Source: an uncultured Verrucomicrobiae bacterium (GTDB lineage Bacteria; Verrucomicrobiota; Verrucomicrobiia; Limisphaerales; JAFGQR01). Taken from it: DNA of 64,000 bases. This document shows positions 40,947-51,411 of this stretch, one piece after another (positions within the stretch are counted from its first letter, which is position 1; every line of letters begins with the position of its first letter). The notes under the pieces are model-generated. The model did no database searches, was not told the DNA's origin, and saw only the letters and a program-made list of their open reading frames with translations. The DNA lies in NCBI GenBank assembly GCA_963788655.1, contig CAWBHS010000062.1, forward strand, positions 96,001-160,000, read 5' to 3'. The position numbers and the translations under genes are program-made.

Positions 40947-41082
40947 GTAGGACAGCCGTCCCGGCTGTCCCGAAACACTAGCGGCCGTCATTCGTACCAT
41001 GCCGTTCCGAAATATTCGAACGTCCTTGGATCCTTCGAGACAGGCGGGACGCCTGTCCTACCAGGTTCGGTGAGCGGAGGCG
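40947..41082. repeat. REP-like element (gtaggacaggcgtc / gacgcctgtcctac family)
   Basis: Inverted arms; related arms at ~36848 and ~46623. Confidence 0.7.
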
Positions 41083-41350
41083 CCGGGAACAGTCCGGCAG
41101 GGTTTCATCCCAACGGACGGTGACATTGCTTGAACCGACCAGAAGCCGCGATCTAACAATACTCGAAGCTGCTGAAACACCTCCCACTTCGTCAATCGGC
41201 GGCCGGAGATGGAGGCGTATTGGCCGGGCTGGATTCGCACTTGGAACGTTATCCCTTCCTTCCAGTCCACGATTACGACGAGCCGCTCGGAGTTTTCCGT
41301 GATCATGCGGCAAACCGTATCACCCCTCCCTGACGCCCTGATGACGTTGA

Positions 41351-41368
41351 AATGACAAAGTTGTCATT
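41351..41368. promoter_or_regulatory. CusR/CopR-box-like operator
   Basis: Palindrome AATGACAA-AG-TTGTCATT about 170 bp upstream of a CusR-like response regulator. Confidence 0.7.
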
Positions 41369-41535
41369 CGCCGTTCATGCGCGGTTCATTTCATTCCGGT
41401 TTAAATACCGGGACAAACAATGATGATGAAATCATTTCAAGGCTGGCCTGGCGCCGAGCGCCTCGAATCGGTTTGTTTATGACCGCGCGATTTGACAATA
41501 CCTCGCCGTTAGGAGATAAGAGCGACGAGACAGTT

Positions 41536-42210
41536 ATGCGTATCCTCGTCGTGGAAGACGAAAAGAAGACCGCTTCCTTCATCCGTAAGGCGCTGCAGTC
41601 CGAAGGTTTTGCCGTGGACGTGCTCTACAATGGAATGGAGGCGCTCAATGCCCTGCCGCAGACTCCATTCGACGTGGTGGTGCTCGACATCATGATGCCC
41701 GGCATGGATGGCCTGAGTGTCGTGCGACATTGGCGTCAGCGCGGCATCCACACCCCCATCCTCCTGCTCACGGCGCGGGGCGAGATCAGTGAACGCGTCG
41801 AGGGGCTCAACGCCGGCGCCGACGATTACCTTCCCAAGCCTTTCGCCCTCGATGAACTCATCGCCCGCGTGCGTGCGTTGGGCCGGCGCCAACCTGAGGC
41901 GCAACCGGTCGTCTTGCGCGCCGGTGATCTGACGCTCAACACCGTCACCCGGGAGGTTCGGCGCGCCGATATGGCCATCGAACTGGCACCTCGCGAATAC
42001 CGGTTGCTCGAATTCCTCATGCGTTCGCCGGGTCGGATCTGCGGGCGGATGGCGATTGTCGAGAAGGTATGGGATTACGATTTCGATCCGGGCACCAACC
42101 TGGTGGACGTTTACATCAAGCGGCTCCGCGAAAAAATTGACGCCGATTTCGAGCCCAAGTTGTTGCACACGGTGCGCGGCGTCGGTTACACCCTGAAAGC
42201 CGCGCCATGA
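41536..42210 (+). CDS. OmpR-family response regulator (CusR/CzcR-like)
   Basis: MRILVVEDE, LDIMMP, GADDYLPKPF, VWDYDFDPGTNLVDVYI, TVRGVGY. Confidence 0.95.
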   Translation: MRILVVEDEKKTASFIRKALQSEGFAVDVLYNGMEALNALPQTPFDVVVLDIMMPGMDGLSVVRHWRQRGIHTPILLLTARGEISERVEGLNAGADDYLPKPFALDELIARVRALGRRQPEAQPVVLRAGDLTLNTVTREVRRADMAIELAPREYRLLEFLMRSPGRICGRMAIVEKVWDYDFDPGTNLVDVYIKRLREKIDADFEPKLLHTVRGVGYTLKAAP

Positions 42211-43265
42211 ATCTCCGCGCCCGCATCACCCTGTGGCACAGCGCGATCCTGCTGATTTCGCTGATGGTGATGGCGGGGGTGTTTCATTACGAATTGCAGG
42301 AAAACCGGCAGGCCTTGCGCGCAGGAGAACCTCTGGAACCTTCGTGGGAGGAAACCGGTGAGTTCGTGTTGTATTTCGGCTTGCCCACCGCGCTGTTGCT
42401 GCTGGCCGGTGGCGCCTGGTTTATTCGCCGCTCGCTGCAACCGGTGGCCCGCTTGACCGAAGCCGCCGAGCGCATTCAACTCCACCACTTGCAGGAACGC
42501 CTGCCACCCACCGGCACCGGCGACGAACTGGATCGGCTGACCCAGGTCTTCAACGCCATGACCGTCCGCTTGCGCGAATCCTTCGACCGGGTTCGCGAAT
42601 TCACCCTGCACGCGTCGCACGAAATTAAAACGCCCCTAACCATCATGCGCGGCGAACTAGAGAGCGCCTTGCGCGAGGAGGACGATCCGCCGTCCCAGCG
42701 TGACCTCCTCGCCAACCTGCTCGACGAAGTCAATCGCCTCGCCAAAGTTGTCGATGGGCTCAGTCTCCTGGCCAAGGCGGATGCCGGCCAGTTGGTGCTG
42801 CACCGGGAGCAGGTGCAACTTGCCGAACTGGTACAAGACAGCTTTGCGGACGCCCAGGTGCTCGCGCAGCATTCCGGTATCGCGGTGAAACTGAGCCGGT
42901 GTGATCCCGCGCTCGTGCAGGCGGACCGCCACCGTCTGCGCCAATTGCTGCTGAACCTCACCGATAACGCCATCAAGTACAACCAGCCACACGGCCGCGT
43001 GGAGATGGCGCTGACGCGCAACGGCGAGTCGGTTGAGCTCACGTTTACCAACACCGGGCCGGGCATCCCGCCGCACACCCTCCCGCGCGTGTTCGACCGA
43101 TTCTTCCGTGGCGACCTCGCCCATGGCAGTGAGGTCGAAGGCTGCGGATTGGGCCTCACAATCGTCCAATGGATTGTCAAGGCCCATGGCGGCACGATCC
43201 ACCTGGCCTCGGAACCAAATCGCTTGACGACGATCACCGTGCGGTTGCCCATGGGCTCGCAGTGA
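42207..43265 (+). CDS. HAMP sensor histidine kinase
   Basis: Two TM segments, ASHEIKTPL H-box, NLTDNAIKYN, GCGLGL; ATGA overlap with the regulator. Confidence 0.95.
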   Translation: MNLRARITLWHSAILLISLMVMAGVFHYELQENRQALRAGEPLEPSWEETGEFVLYFGLPTALLLLAGGAWFIRRSLQPVARLTEAAERIQLHHLQERLPPTGTGDELDRLTQVFNAMTVRLRESFDRVREFTLHASHEIKTPLTIMRGELESALREEDDPPSQRDLLANLLDEVNRLAKVVDGLSLLAKADAGQLVLHREQVQLAELVQDSFADAQVLAQHSGIAVKLSRCDPALVQADRHRLRQLLLNLTDNAIKYNQPHGRVEMALTRNGESVELTFTNTGPGIPPHTLPRVFDRFFRGDLAHGSEVEGCGLGLTIVQWIVKAHGGTIHLASEPNRLTTITVRLPMGSQ

Positions 43266-43390
43266 GGTTCATGCGGAAGTGACGACAAACGCTCTCCAGG
43301 ATGTGATTGCAACCGCAGCTTTTGCGAAGCACTTTCATCAAATGGAAGGCACGGATTCGCGGTGCCACTTGCGAGGGAATAGGGTTGGCT

Positions 43391-43413
43391 AAGCCGGTCT
43401 GAACCGGCTTTTT
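43391..43413 (+). terminator. Probable intrinsic terminator
   Basis: aagccgg-tctgaa-ccggctt hairpin followed by a T run. Confidence 0.5.
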
Positions 43414-43508
43414 CATTTCGTTGACACGGGTCAAATATCATTGCCTTGACTGGGTTAGATTGAAGACAGTCATTTGAATAAAAACCGGAACTCACGACCA
43501 AATTGTTT

Positions 43509-43853
43509 ATGGAATATGATGCCATTCCCAGCCCCAACCCGCTACTGGCCCGCGCCGGTCAACCGGGCGACCTCGCGCAATACCAGACCGGGGCGGTGGT
43601 CAGCCGCGAAATTTTGAAGAAGCCAACCGGTTCGGTGACCGTCTTTGCTTTTGACGCTGACCAGGGATTGAGCGAACACACCGCTCCGTTTGACGCGCTG
43701 GTCAGCGTGTTGGAAGGCGAGGTCGAGATCACCATCGCCGGCAACGCCCACCGCGTTAAAGCAGGCGAAATGATCATCATGCCCGCCGGCCAACCGCACG
43801 CCCTCCAGGCCATGACGCGCTTCAAGATGGTCCTGACGATGATTCGGTCGTAA
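43509..43853 (+). CDS. Cupin domain protein
   Basis: FAFDADQGLSEHTAPFDA...GEMIIMPAGQPHAL. Confidence 0.9.
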   Translation: MEYDAIPSPNPLLARAGQPGDLAQYQTGAVVSREILKKPTGSVTVFAFDADQGLSEHTAPFDALVSVLEGEVEITIAGNAHRVKAGEMIIMPAGQPHALQAMTRFKMVLTMIRS

Positions 43854-44500
43854 CGCAGATTTTCAATCTGCGGTATCGTGGACTTGAAGTCCGCCGGGTA
43901 TGGACAGCGTGTGGCCCTGCCGAAATTCTGCACGACTGACCTCCAACGAAAGCGAGAACAAGCTCCACGCACCAAACGCTTCGCGACCTTCAATCGTCCA
44001 ATGGGATGTCGCGTCAGCGTTTGGAGTGCGTCCGGCTTGCCGACGCTTTCGTCCGCAGGTTGGCGTGGCAAGTTGGACGGACCGACCAAAAAAACCTCCC
44101 GCTTTTGTTTTTTGGCGGCTGCCGATCGTGACGGCTCACTTGGCGAATCACCTTCGACTTTGTCGCTTTCTCATCGGCCTTCACCAGACGAACGCTTTGT
44201 TGCGGGAGCCCCGACAGGGACGGCACGATACTAGCCCAGGGCGGCGCTCGTGCCTCGCTTGCCCTGGGTTAGTATCGCATCGTCCCTTCGGCACTTCAGT
44301 TTCGCTCGCAGAGTTCACCTATTCCGGTCGAACAAAAGATTCGCCCCAGCCGCGCTCAAAGTTACCGCGGAAAAAATTCCCTCCCCCAAAACGCAAGTTT
44401 CCCATGCCACTTGCGCGGCATGGGAAACAGGCGTCAGGGAACCGGGGGTGAATTCGCGAGTAGGGGGAGGCGACCAGCGATTCAGGCCCCGGTCACTTGC

Positions 44501-46327
44501 TCACCAGTAGTGGCCGTTGGTGCCAAACCAGGTGCTCGACGCGTTCTGCCACTGCGGACTGCTGCCACCCCAACCCATATTGCACTTGAAATACTGCGAG
44601 GTGTTGAGCGTGATTCCGAGGAATTTGTACTTCCGCTCGGCGTACCCGTAAGCGAAGGGGTAGTGCCAGTAGAAGCCCAGTCCCACAATCGCCGGCCGGC
44701 CGGATTTGATCGAGCCAATGGCGCGGTTCCGCGAGCCCGGGCTCAAGTACGGCACTCCCCAACTCCAGGAGATGTAATAGCCGGCGCCGCGATGGGCCGC
44801 CCAGTAATGGCCGTTCTTCATGTTCCACGGCATCGTGGCCGCCTGACCGTTGACGCAGAAGGGACCCACGTCACTGAAGACGTACCGGGCGCAATCCCGC
44901 ACGCTGTTGTCGTTGTAAAGTGGCGCATCCGCCCAGGAGGTGTTCTTCAGCAGGCGCGGCGAGCCTTTGCGGTCCCACCACCCATACAACATCGTCCAGG
45001 CCGTCGGACCGCAACCGCTCCAGCCGCCACTACACATCTGCGAATCGTGCCAGAACTGATTGTATCGGCGTTGGTCACCCCAGTTCCCGGCGTACCAATA
45101 GTGCCAGGAGGTCCATCCGGAAGTCGCCAGGTTGAGCGATGCTCCTTTGGCCCCGGCGGGGGTCACCAGCAGGATCAATGTTTCTTTGCTGCCATCGGCA
45201 TACACGACCCGGAGAAGGGTGCCGCCTTCCTGGACGCCCGTGATCCACAGGCCCGGCTTGCCCGGCTCCAGCACCAGCGTCGCCAGACTGGGGTCATCCA
45301 GCGTCGCTGTCTCTACGAGTTGCTTCGCCAGCACTTCTTGGCGTTTCCCCACCGGCACCTGGAGCGAAGGGGGCTCGTTGCCCGTCATCAAGTCCCATTC
45401 GGTCTTGGCCAGCTCAGCGCGACGGTTTCGCAGCTCTTGATAGAGCGGATTCTGGACGATGTCCGTCTTCATTTCGCGGTAGGACTTGTACGGCGACGCG
45501 GGAAACGTCGGCGAGTCGCCGCCCTGTTCATTGCCCTGTTCATCGACCAGGCCTTCGAATTCTTTGCCCGCCAGGGACAAGACTTGGGGATCAATGAAGA
45601 ACGGCTCATTGCCCAGGGTGCCGACGACCTCACCGTTGGCGTCTTCGGCCACCAGGAAACCATTGTCAAAGCGCAATGGCTTGATGGGCCCGTTGCCGCG
45701 AGCTTTGCGCAACAACATTTCCACCGCCGTCGGTCCGCTCTCGGAGAATTCGGCCACCGGGAAATCGCCCGGGGTCACCGACACGAGGATGCGGCCAAAA
45801 TCGCACCGGTTGTCGAAGTTCAGCGGCGGATCGATCGGCAGCGGCTCATCCGGCGGCGGATCGGGAATGGGAATGTGTTTCTTAATCACTTTGAACTCGA
45901 TATAGGTGAGCGTCTTGCCGAGATCGACCGCGGGATCGTACATGGGATAACAGACTGGGCCCAACTCAACGTCCTGCCAGCCACCTTCCTGATCGCCGCC
46001 GTCGCTTTCCGCATCTTCCAACAAGGTGTCGCGCAGGAATTGTTGGGCGATATCGACCGCCAGGGGCGGGGCGTCGGACAGAAGCATCGCCGCGGTGAAA
46101 CCGGCGTTCTGTTCGCCATTGATCTTGATCCGATAAAACGCCTTGGGATCATTCGTGTTTTGCAGAATACCACCCGAGGTGGTCAGGAGCGTTTCGTCCA
46201 CGGGAACCGCGTTCCAGGTTTTCATATCGGTGGACCGTTGCAATTCGAGGACGGCCATACCCGCCCGAACATTCGGAGCCAACAGCAGACTCACGCCGAT
46301 AAAGAGGGAGTACCATATTTTTTTCAT
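44501..46327 (-). CDS. Secreted papain-fold cysteine peptidase (C10/C39-like C-terminal domain)
   Basis: Signal peptide; SGCGPTAW (Cys), WHYPFAYGY (His), CNMGWGG (Asn). Confidence 0.7.
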   Translation of the reverse strand: MKKIWYSLFIGVSLLLAPNVRAGMAVLELQRSTDMKTWNAVPVDETLLTTSGGILQNTNDPKAFYRIKINGEQNAGFTAAMLLSDAPPLAVDIAQQFLRDTLLEDAESDGGDQEGGWQDVELGPVCYPMYDPAVDLGKTLTYIEFKVIKKHIPIPDPPPDEPLPIDPPLNFDNRCDFGRILVSVTPGDFPVAEFSESGPTAVEMLLRKARGNGPIKPLRFDNGFLVAEDANGEVVGTLGNEPFFIDPQVLSLAGKEFEGLVDEQGNEQGGDSPTFPASPYKSYREMKTDIVQNPLYQELRNRRAELAKTEWDLMTGNEPPSLQVPVGKRQEVLAKQLVETATLDDPSLATLVLEPGKPGLWITGVQEGGTLLRVVYADGSKETLILLVTPAGAKGASLNLATSGWTSWHYWYAGNWGDQRRYNQFWHDSQMCSGGWSGCGPTAWTMLYGWWDRKGSPRLLKNTSWADAPLYNDNSVRDCARYVFSDVGPFCVNGQAATMPWNMKNGHYWAAHRGAGYYISWSWGVPYLSPGSRNRAIGSIKSGRPAIVGLGFYWHYPFAYGYAERKYKFLGITLNTSQYFKCNMGWGGSSPQWQNASSTWFGTNGHYW

Positions 46328-46797
46328 ACGTCATTCGTTTTCGTTTGTTTTCTAAACAGAGGTTGCACGCCACCCCGCCGTCCACGGGCCGTTCCGCACT
46401 CGCGGATCCGCCGGCCATTCGGGCAGTGCATCTGGAACTGCCGGCTGAGCGGATTGGCCCCGGTGACGGAGCGGTAAGCCAACTTCGGCTTACACGGGTT
46501 ACAGAAGTTTTTGCGAAGAGGTATTACAGGGCAGGTGATGAAAAGTTTTCGCGCTTAGATTGCACTTCCGGCAGCCGACGTTACCATTCTCCACCAAGCT
46601 GCCGGTGAACGCTTTCGTAGCCGTAGGACAGGCGTCTCGCCGGTCTCGAACTTCCAAGTGGCGCTCATTCTTTCAACGAGCGACAACCAACCAGTGGACG
46701 CCTTTGGGACTTTCGCGACCGTCGGTACGGCTCTCCTATGTTGGTTGTTGAATCGCCGCCTGAATGGTTCGCACCGCTCGCGACCCGAACGGTTCGA

Positions 46798-48123
46798 TTA
46801 CTTCCTCCGTTTCGTCCACACGTAGCGGAACATGATCACCCGCAGCGCCGCCGTCAGCGGAATGGCGAGGATGCCACCCAGGATGCCGCCCAGCAACGTG
46901 GTGCCCACCATCAGGGCGATGATGATCGTCACCGGGTGCAGGCCCACTTTGTCGCCCATGATCTTGGGCGAGATGACCACGCTCTCGAGCGTTTGCACCA
47001 CCGTGAACACGGCGCACACCATCAACGGATGCTGCCAGTCCCCGTGCTGCACCACCGCCAGCAGCATCGCCAGTACGAAGGTGATGATGGCGCCGAGGAA
47101 CGGGATGATGGTCAAAAGCGTGGCCAGCGCCCCCAACAGCACCGCGTAGGGCAGACCGATAATGATGAAGCCAATCGTGTACAGCACGCCGTCGCAGATC
47201 GCCACCAGCACCTGACCACGGAAGAACGCGATCAAGTAGTCATTGATCGATCCGAGCACGAACACCAGTTCATCTTTGAACTCGGATTTGGCGACCGGCA
47301 AATAGTCGGTCCACTTGTCGTGAATGCCCTTCTTCTCCCAGAGGAAATAGAAGGAGTAGATCGGGATCAGTGCCAATCCGGCCAGCGTGCCCAATAGCGC
47401 CGCGACTTTGCTTGCCTGGCCAAAGAGCCAGGAGCCGACTGTCGGCAGAATTCGCGCCAGCCAATTGCCGACCGTTTGCAGGGTCTGCTTGTCCAGGGCG
47501 CGGCTCAAAAAGGACTCTTTTCCCGCGGGGCTCGAGGCCGCCGCCGCATTGGTGCCGTTGTTGACGACGGTGGATGGCGCATTGCTCAAGACCAGGATGT
47601 TGGAGGCGGCGCTCGCAGCATTGCTCCCAGCAAAGCTGTTAGTGATGATGCCTACGACATTCGTATCGATCGGAGCGTTGGTGCCCGAGGCTTCTGTTCC
47701 TTCGGTACCCAACAATTTGCGGATCAGAGCCGGTGGATTGTTGACCCACGTCTCGATCCGCTTTTGCAACTTTTCAGTGTAAGTCGGAATGCCGCGGACG
47801 AGATCCCCCGTCTCCACGATGATCTGCGGAACCACGCTTCCGAAATATCCCAGCACCACTACCAGCGCCATCGCGAAGACAAAGATGACAGCGCGGTGCC
47901 GCGGAACCTTCTTTCGCTCCAGCCAATCCACCACCGGATCGAGCAAGTAAGCCACCACGCCCGCCACCGCAATCGGCAAAATCACCGGCGCCAGGATGCG
48001 GATTACCTGCCCCAGTCCCCATCCCAACGCCACGACCAACGCCACCAACACCGCGATGGCCAGGCCGGTCAACGCCGCCCAGATGATGCGCGCTTGCTTT
48101 TGCGTGGGTGGCGGAAAGTCCAT
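46798..48123 (-). CDS. AI-2E family transporter
   Basis: AYLLDPVVDWLE, FFRGQ, IPFLG, PKIMGDKVGLHP. Confidence 0.92.
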   Translation of the reverse strand: MDFPPPTQKQARIIWAALTGLAIAVLVALVVALGWGLGQVIRILAPVILPIAVAGVVAYLLDPVVDWLERKKVPRHRAVIFVFAMALVVVLGYFGSVVPQIIVETGDLVRGIPTYTEKLQKRIETWVNNPPALIRKLLGTEGTEASGTNAPIDTNVVGIITNSFAGSNAASAASNILVLSNAPSTVVNNGTNAAAASSPAGKESFLSRALDKQTLQTVGNWLARILPTVGSWLFGQASKVAALLGTLAGLALIPIYSFYFLWEKKGIHDKWTDYLPVAKSEFKDELVFVLGSINDYLIAFFRGQVLVAICDGVLYTIGFIIIGLPYAVLLGALATLLTIIPFLGAIITFVLAMLLAVVQHGDWQHPLMVCAVFTVVQTLESVVISPKIMGDKVGLHPVTIIIALMVGTTLLGGILGGILAIPLTAALRVIMFRYVWTKRRK

Positions 48124-48165
48124 TCGTTGGGAAAGTTCGTCGCTGGTTTCAGATTTACGGAAAAT

Positions 48166-48981
48166 TTAGGCGCTGCCCAATCGCTTCGATTTTTCGGTCG
48201 CGGCCCGAACGGCATTGATGAGCGCCCCCCGCACACCCGCCTTCTCCAGCTCGTGCAACCCTTCAATGGTCGTGCCGCCGGGGCTGGTGACCATGTCTTT
48301 GAGGGCGCCGGGATGTTGCCCGGTTTCCAACACCATCTTGGCGCTACCCAACAGTGTTTGCGCTGCCAGTTGCGTGGCGATCTCCCGGGGCAGCCCGGCC
48401 GCCACCCCGCCGTCACTGAGCGCCTCGATGAGCAAAAACGCATACGCCGGCCCGCTTCCGCTCAAGCCGGTGACAGCATCCAGGAGCGGTTCTTTGACCG
48501 CAAACGCCACGCCCACGGCTGCCAAAAGCTGCTGCACCAATTGGGCGTCCGCCGGCGTGGCCGCAGTGCCGAGCGCATAAGCGCACGCGGCGGCGCCCAC
48601 CAAGGCCGGGGTGTTGGGCATCACGCGAACGACCCGGGCCGAATCGCCCAGGCCATCTTCGAGGCGCGCAATGGGCACTCCAGCGGCAATGGAGACGAGC
48701 AAGTGCGTCGGGGTGAATTGGCTGCGTATGTCCGCCAACACTTCGGCAACCTGCGCGGGCTTGACCGCGAGCACAAGGACGTTGGCAAATTGGACGACCT
48801 CGGAATTGGACCGGCTGGCTCGCGCGCCCAAAGCTTGATTGAACGCAGCGACGGCGTCGTCGGCGCAATCGCTGGCCATCAGTTGGTCCGCTTGGACCAA
48901 ACCTGCGTGGACAAATCCTTTGGCGAGGGCGGTGGCCATTTTGCCGGCGCCCACAAAGCCGATCTTCAAACCGGAAATCAT
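48166..48981 (-). CDS. proC: Pyrroline-5-carboxylate reductase
   Basis: GFVGAGKMA, LAVKP, RVMPNTP, SGSGPAY, VTSPGGTT. Confidence 0.97.
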   Translation of the reverse strand: MISGLKIGFVGAGKMATALAKGFVHAGLVQADQLMASDCADDAVAAFNQALGARASRSNSEVVQFANVLVLAVKPAQVAEVLADIRSQFTPTHLLVSIAAGVPIARLEDGLGDSARVVRVMPNTPALVGAAACAYALGTAATPADAQLVQQLLAAVGVAFAVKEPLLDAVTGLSGSGPAYAFLLIEALSDGGVAAGLPREIATQLAAQTLLGSAKMVLETGQHPGALKDMVTSPGGTTIEGLHELEKAGVRGALINAVRAATEKSKRLGSA

Positions 48982-49119
48982 GCGCGGCGTTGTAACACCT
49001 CGTCGCCCGAAGCAAAAGGCAAAAGCGCAGGCAGGAACCGGGTCCAGGATATCGGGAAGTTATTGGCGGCGATGGCGGAGCCGATTTTGACGGCGAGTTT
49101 ATCGAAGCCTTTGAGGTCT

Positions 49120-49190
49120 GTAGCCGCCGACGTGAGGAGGCGGAGCACGGGAAGAGGTATCAGGTCCGCCTCGTTACGTCGGCGGCTACA
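49120..49190. repeat. REP-like element (gtagccgccgacgtgaggaggc family)
   Basis: Inverted arms tgtagccgccgacgt / acgtcggcggctaca; also near 15864 and inside the MITE at ~55229-55313. Confidence 0.8.
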
Positions 49191-49307
49191 ACGAGTGTGG
49201 AATGCTGGGGCTAGACCCAACCAACAAATCGCCGGCGGAACGCCGCCTGCTTCCGCACTCGAGCTTGGGGCTTGGACATTCTCTGAGCCTTGGTCATTGG
49301 CTATTGG

Positions 49308-50603
49308 TCATTCCTCATGTGCTCGGTCGCGGGGCGAGCGCAGTCGCACGGGCGGCGCATTGGTATCTTTCTCCTTCTTCGTCTTAAAGGCGGACCGGAA
49401 GAGCCAGTGATGCTTCAGGCCTTGCACAAAGGAATCCAAATCCACAATGGCGTGGTCGAGTGAGGTGACGAGGTTGCTGTTGGCTTGGACCTGGGCGTTG
49501 AGGTTGCTGGTGAGATTGGCCAAGTTTTCGAGACTGGTGTTGAGATTGGTGGCCAGTGTGCCCAGGTGGGCGTCCGTGTTGGTGGTGAATTGCCGGGCGG
49601 CGACTAGAGTGGTGTCGGCCGCGGCGAGTGTTTGGGTCAAGTGATTGTTCAAATTCGTCGGAAACAACCAATTGCCCAGCCCGCCCTGCGGATCGCGGAT
49701 TTGCGTCGAGATGAGCGCCAGGTTGGTGACCAGCGGCTGAGCGGTGGCCAGCACGTCATTGGCGCGGGTGGCGGCTTGCGCAGCATTCGTCAGGACGGCA
49801 GCCAATTGATTGGTGAGCCGCAGGACGTTTGGCAGGTTGGTTTGCACCAGATTAACCATGGTTTCCAGACGCTCGGTCAGGGCGGGGGATTCCCTCGGTT
49901 CCAGGAAATAACCTTTGGTTTTCTGGTCATAAGGTATGTAACGGCGCAGCGAGGTGGACCACATTCCGGTGGGCTCTTGAGTGTCTTCCTGGGTGTGAAT
50001 GATCCAAATGGTATTGGTGCCCAGCGCCTCGATCTCGCGCAGCAAGTCCAGGGTCAACGGCCGGCTGGCCCGAATCATCAATCCGTTCGTATCATACAAA
50101 TCCTGCCCGATGGCGATACCGCCTTGCGGGAGCAGCATCGTCACCTGCTTGACCGGGACTTTCTGGTAGGGATGGAACAAATAAGTCGGAACGCCGTCGG
50201 TGCCCTTGGTGACTTCAATGCTGCGATTGCCCAGCAAACCTTCCGGGACAACGCGGGCTTGCGAGTCGTCCCAAAGATACCCGTAGTATGGCTCCCAAAT
50301 CTGAAACCGCACATACACGTCGTAGTACTCACCGGGAGGCATGGGAGTGATCTCGAGGATTTCACCGGCGGCGAAGCCCATCAATTTGACTTTGTCGCCC
50401 ACGTTCAAGCCCTCGGCATTTCTCACAAAGGTAAAATAGGGTAGTTTGAGTAGAAACCACCCTTTGCGGGCGGCCCGTTGATACATGTAATATCCGAGAC
50501 CCGCCAGCATGAGTGCCAGGGCCACCGTCACAAACAACCCGACCAAAAACTCGAGCCGGCTCAGGCGGGTGCGGAGTTGGGGCGTCAAATCTTGTAAAGG
50601 CAT
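49308..50603 (-). CDS. MlaD/MCE family protein
   Basis: TM anchor, then AEGLNVGDKVKLMGF...GLLGNRSIE MCE domain and a long helical tail. Confidence 0.88.
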   Translation of the reverse strand: MPLQDLTPQLRTRLSRLEFLVGLFVTVALALMLAGLGYYMYQRAARKGWFLLKLPYFTFVRNAEGLNVGDKVKLMGFAAGEILEITPMPPGEYYDVYVRFQIWEPYYGYLWDDSQARVVPEGLLGNRSIEVTKGTDGVPTYLFHPYQKVPVKQVTMLLPQGGIAIGQDLYDTNGLMIRASRPLTLDLLREIEALGTNTIWIIHTQEDTQEPTGMWSTSLRRYIPYDQKTKGYFLEPRESPALTERLETMVNLVQTNLPNVLRLTNQLAAVLTNAAQAATRANDVLATAQPLVTNLALISTQIRDPQGGLGNWLFPTNLNNHLTQTLAAADTTLVAARQFTTNTDAHLGTLATNLNTSLENLANLTSNLNAQVQANSNLVTSLDHAIVDLDSFVQGLKHHWLFRSAFKTKKEKDTNAPPVRLRSPRDRAHEE

Positions 50604-50607
50604 GGCA

Positions 50608-51411
50608 TCAGCTATTCTTCGTCAGTGGTTGGTCGTCGGCTGAGGGGACAAAGCGACCTGCTTCGAGCATCGCAAATTGTTTGGCATGAGGACGCCAGGG
50701 CCGCAGATCGTCGCCGGTCACCACGACCGCCATGGGGCGGCCATCGGCAATCGGATGCCCGGCGGCCAGACGGGTGACCAGGTTGACCCACCAAGCCGCG
50801 TCCGGCGGATCGAGGCTGCTGAGGGGACTGTCCAATAACAACACTTCCGGTCCCAGCGCCAGGGCCCGAGCCAAGCCGGCGCGTTGCCGGCGAGTGTGGC
50901 TCATGGTGCCCGGGTATTGACTGGCGCAACCCGTCAGCCCGGTCAATTCCAACAGCGCCTCGACGCGGGCGGCGCATGGTTCAAATCGGCAATTGCCATG
51001 GTAGCGAATGGGCAGGGAAATGTTTTCCGCCACGGTCAAGTGGTGCAAAAGCTGGCCGCCGTCGAACACCAGACCAAGGCGCAGCCGGGTGTCCACGCGT
51101 TCCTGTTCGAAGCCGGTGATCGGCTCGATCCCAAAGGCGCGATACGTTCCGTGTGCGGGTGGCAGAATCCCGGCGGCCACCGCCATAAAGTCGCTTTTGC
51201 CGGAAGCGTGCAATCCACCAATCGCCCAGAAATCGCCCGATTGGACCGACCAGTTGACTTCGACCAACACAATCCGCCGAGGATCTGTCAGCGCGGGCAC
51301 GGCCACGTCCACCATTTCCAACAGTGGCCCGCCGGCTTGCGTGGCGCGGGCAGTCGTAAGCTCGTTAACGACCGGTGCGGGCGGGGAGGACAAGGGCGGG
51401 GTGGGGTCCAT
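50608..51411 (-). CDS. MlaF-like ABC ATP-binding protein (degenerate motifs)
   Basis: Walker A GLHASGKS; LTVAENISLP; LARALAL; located between mlaE-like and mlaD-like genes. Confidence 0.85.
   Translation of the reverse strand: MDPTPPLSSPPAPVVNELTTARATQAGGPLLEMVDVAVPALTDPRRIVLVEVNWSVQSGDFWAIGGLHASGKSDFMAVAAGILPPAHGTYRAFGIEPITGFEQERVDTRLRLGLVFDGGQLLHHLTVAENISLPIRYHGNCRFEPCAARVEALLELTGLTGCASQYPGTMSHTRRQRAGLARALALGPEVLLLDSPLSSLDPPDAAWWVNLVTRLAAGHPIADGRPMAVVVTGDDLRPWRPHAKQFAMLEAGRFVPSADDQPLTKNS

Noticed and set aside
8283..49410. Long antisense or alternate-frame ORFs (e.g. 10521-12260, 18401-19876, 23355-25079, 44411-46477, 47476-49410)
   Set aside because: Shadows of real genes in GC-rich DNA, with no motifs of their own.
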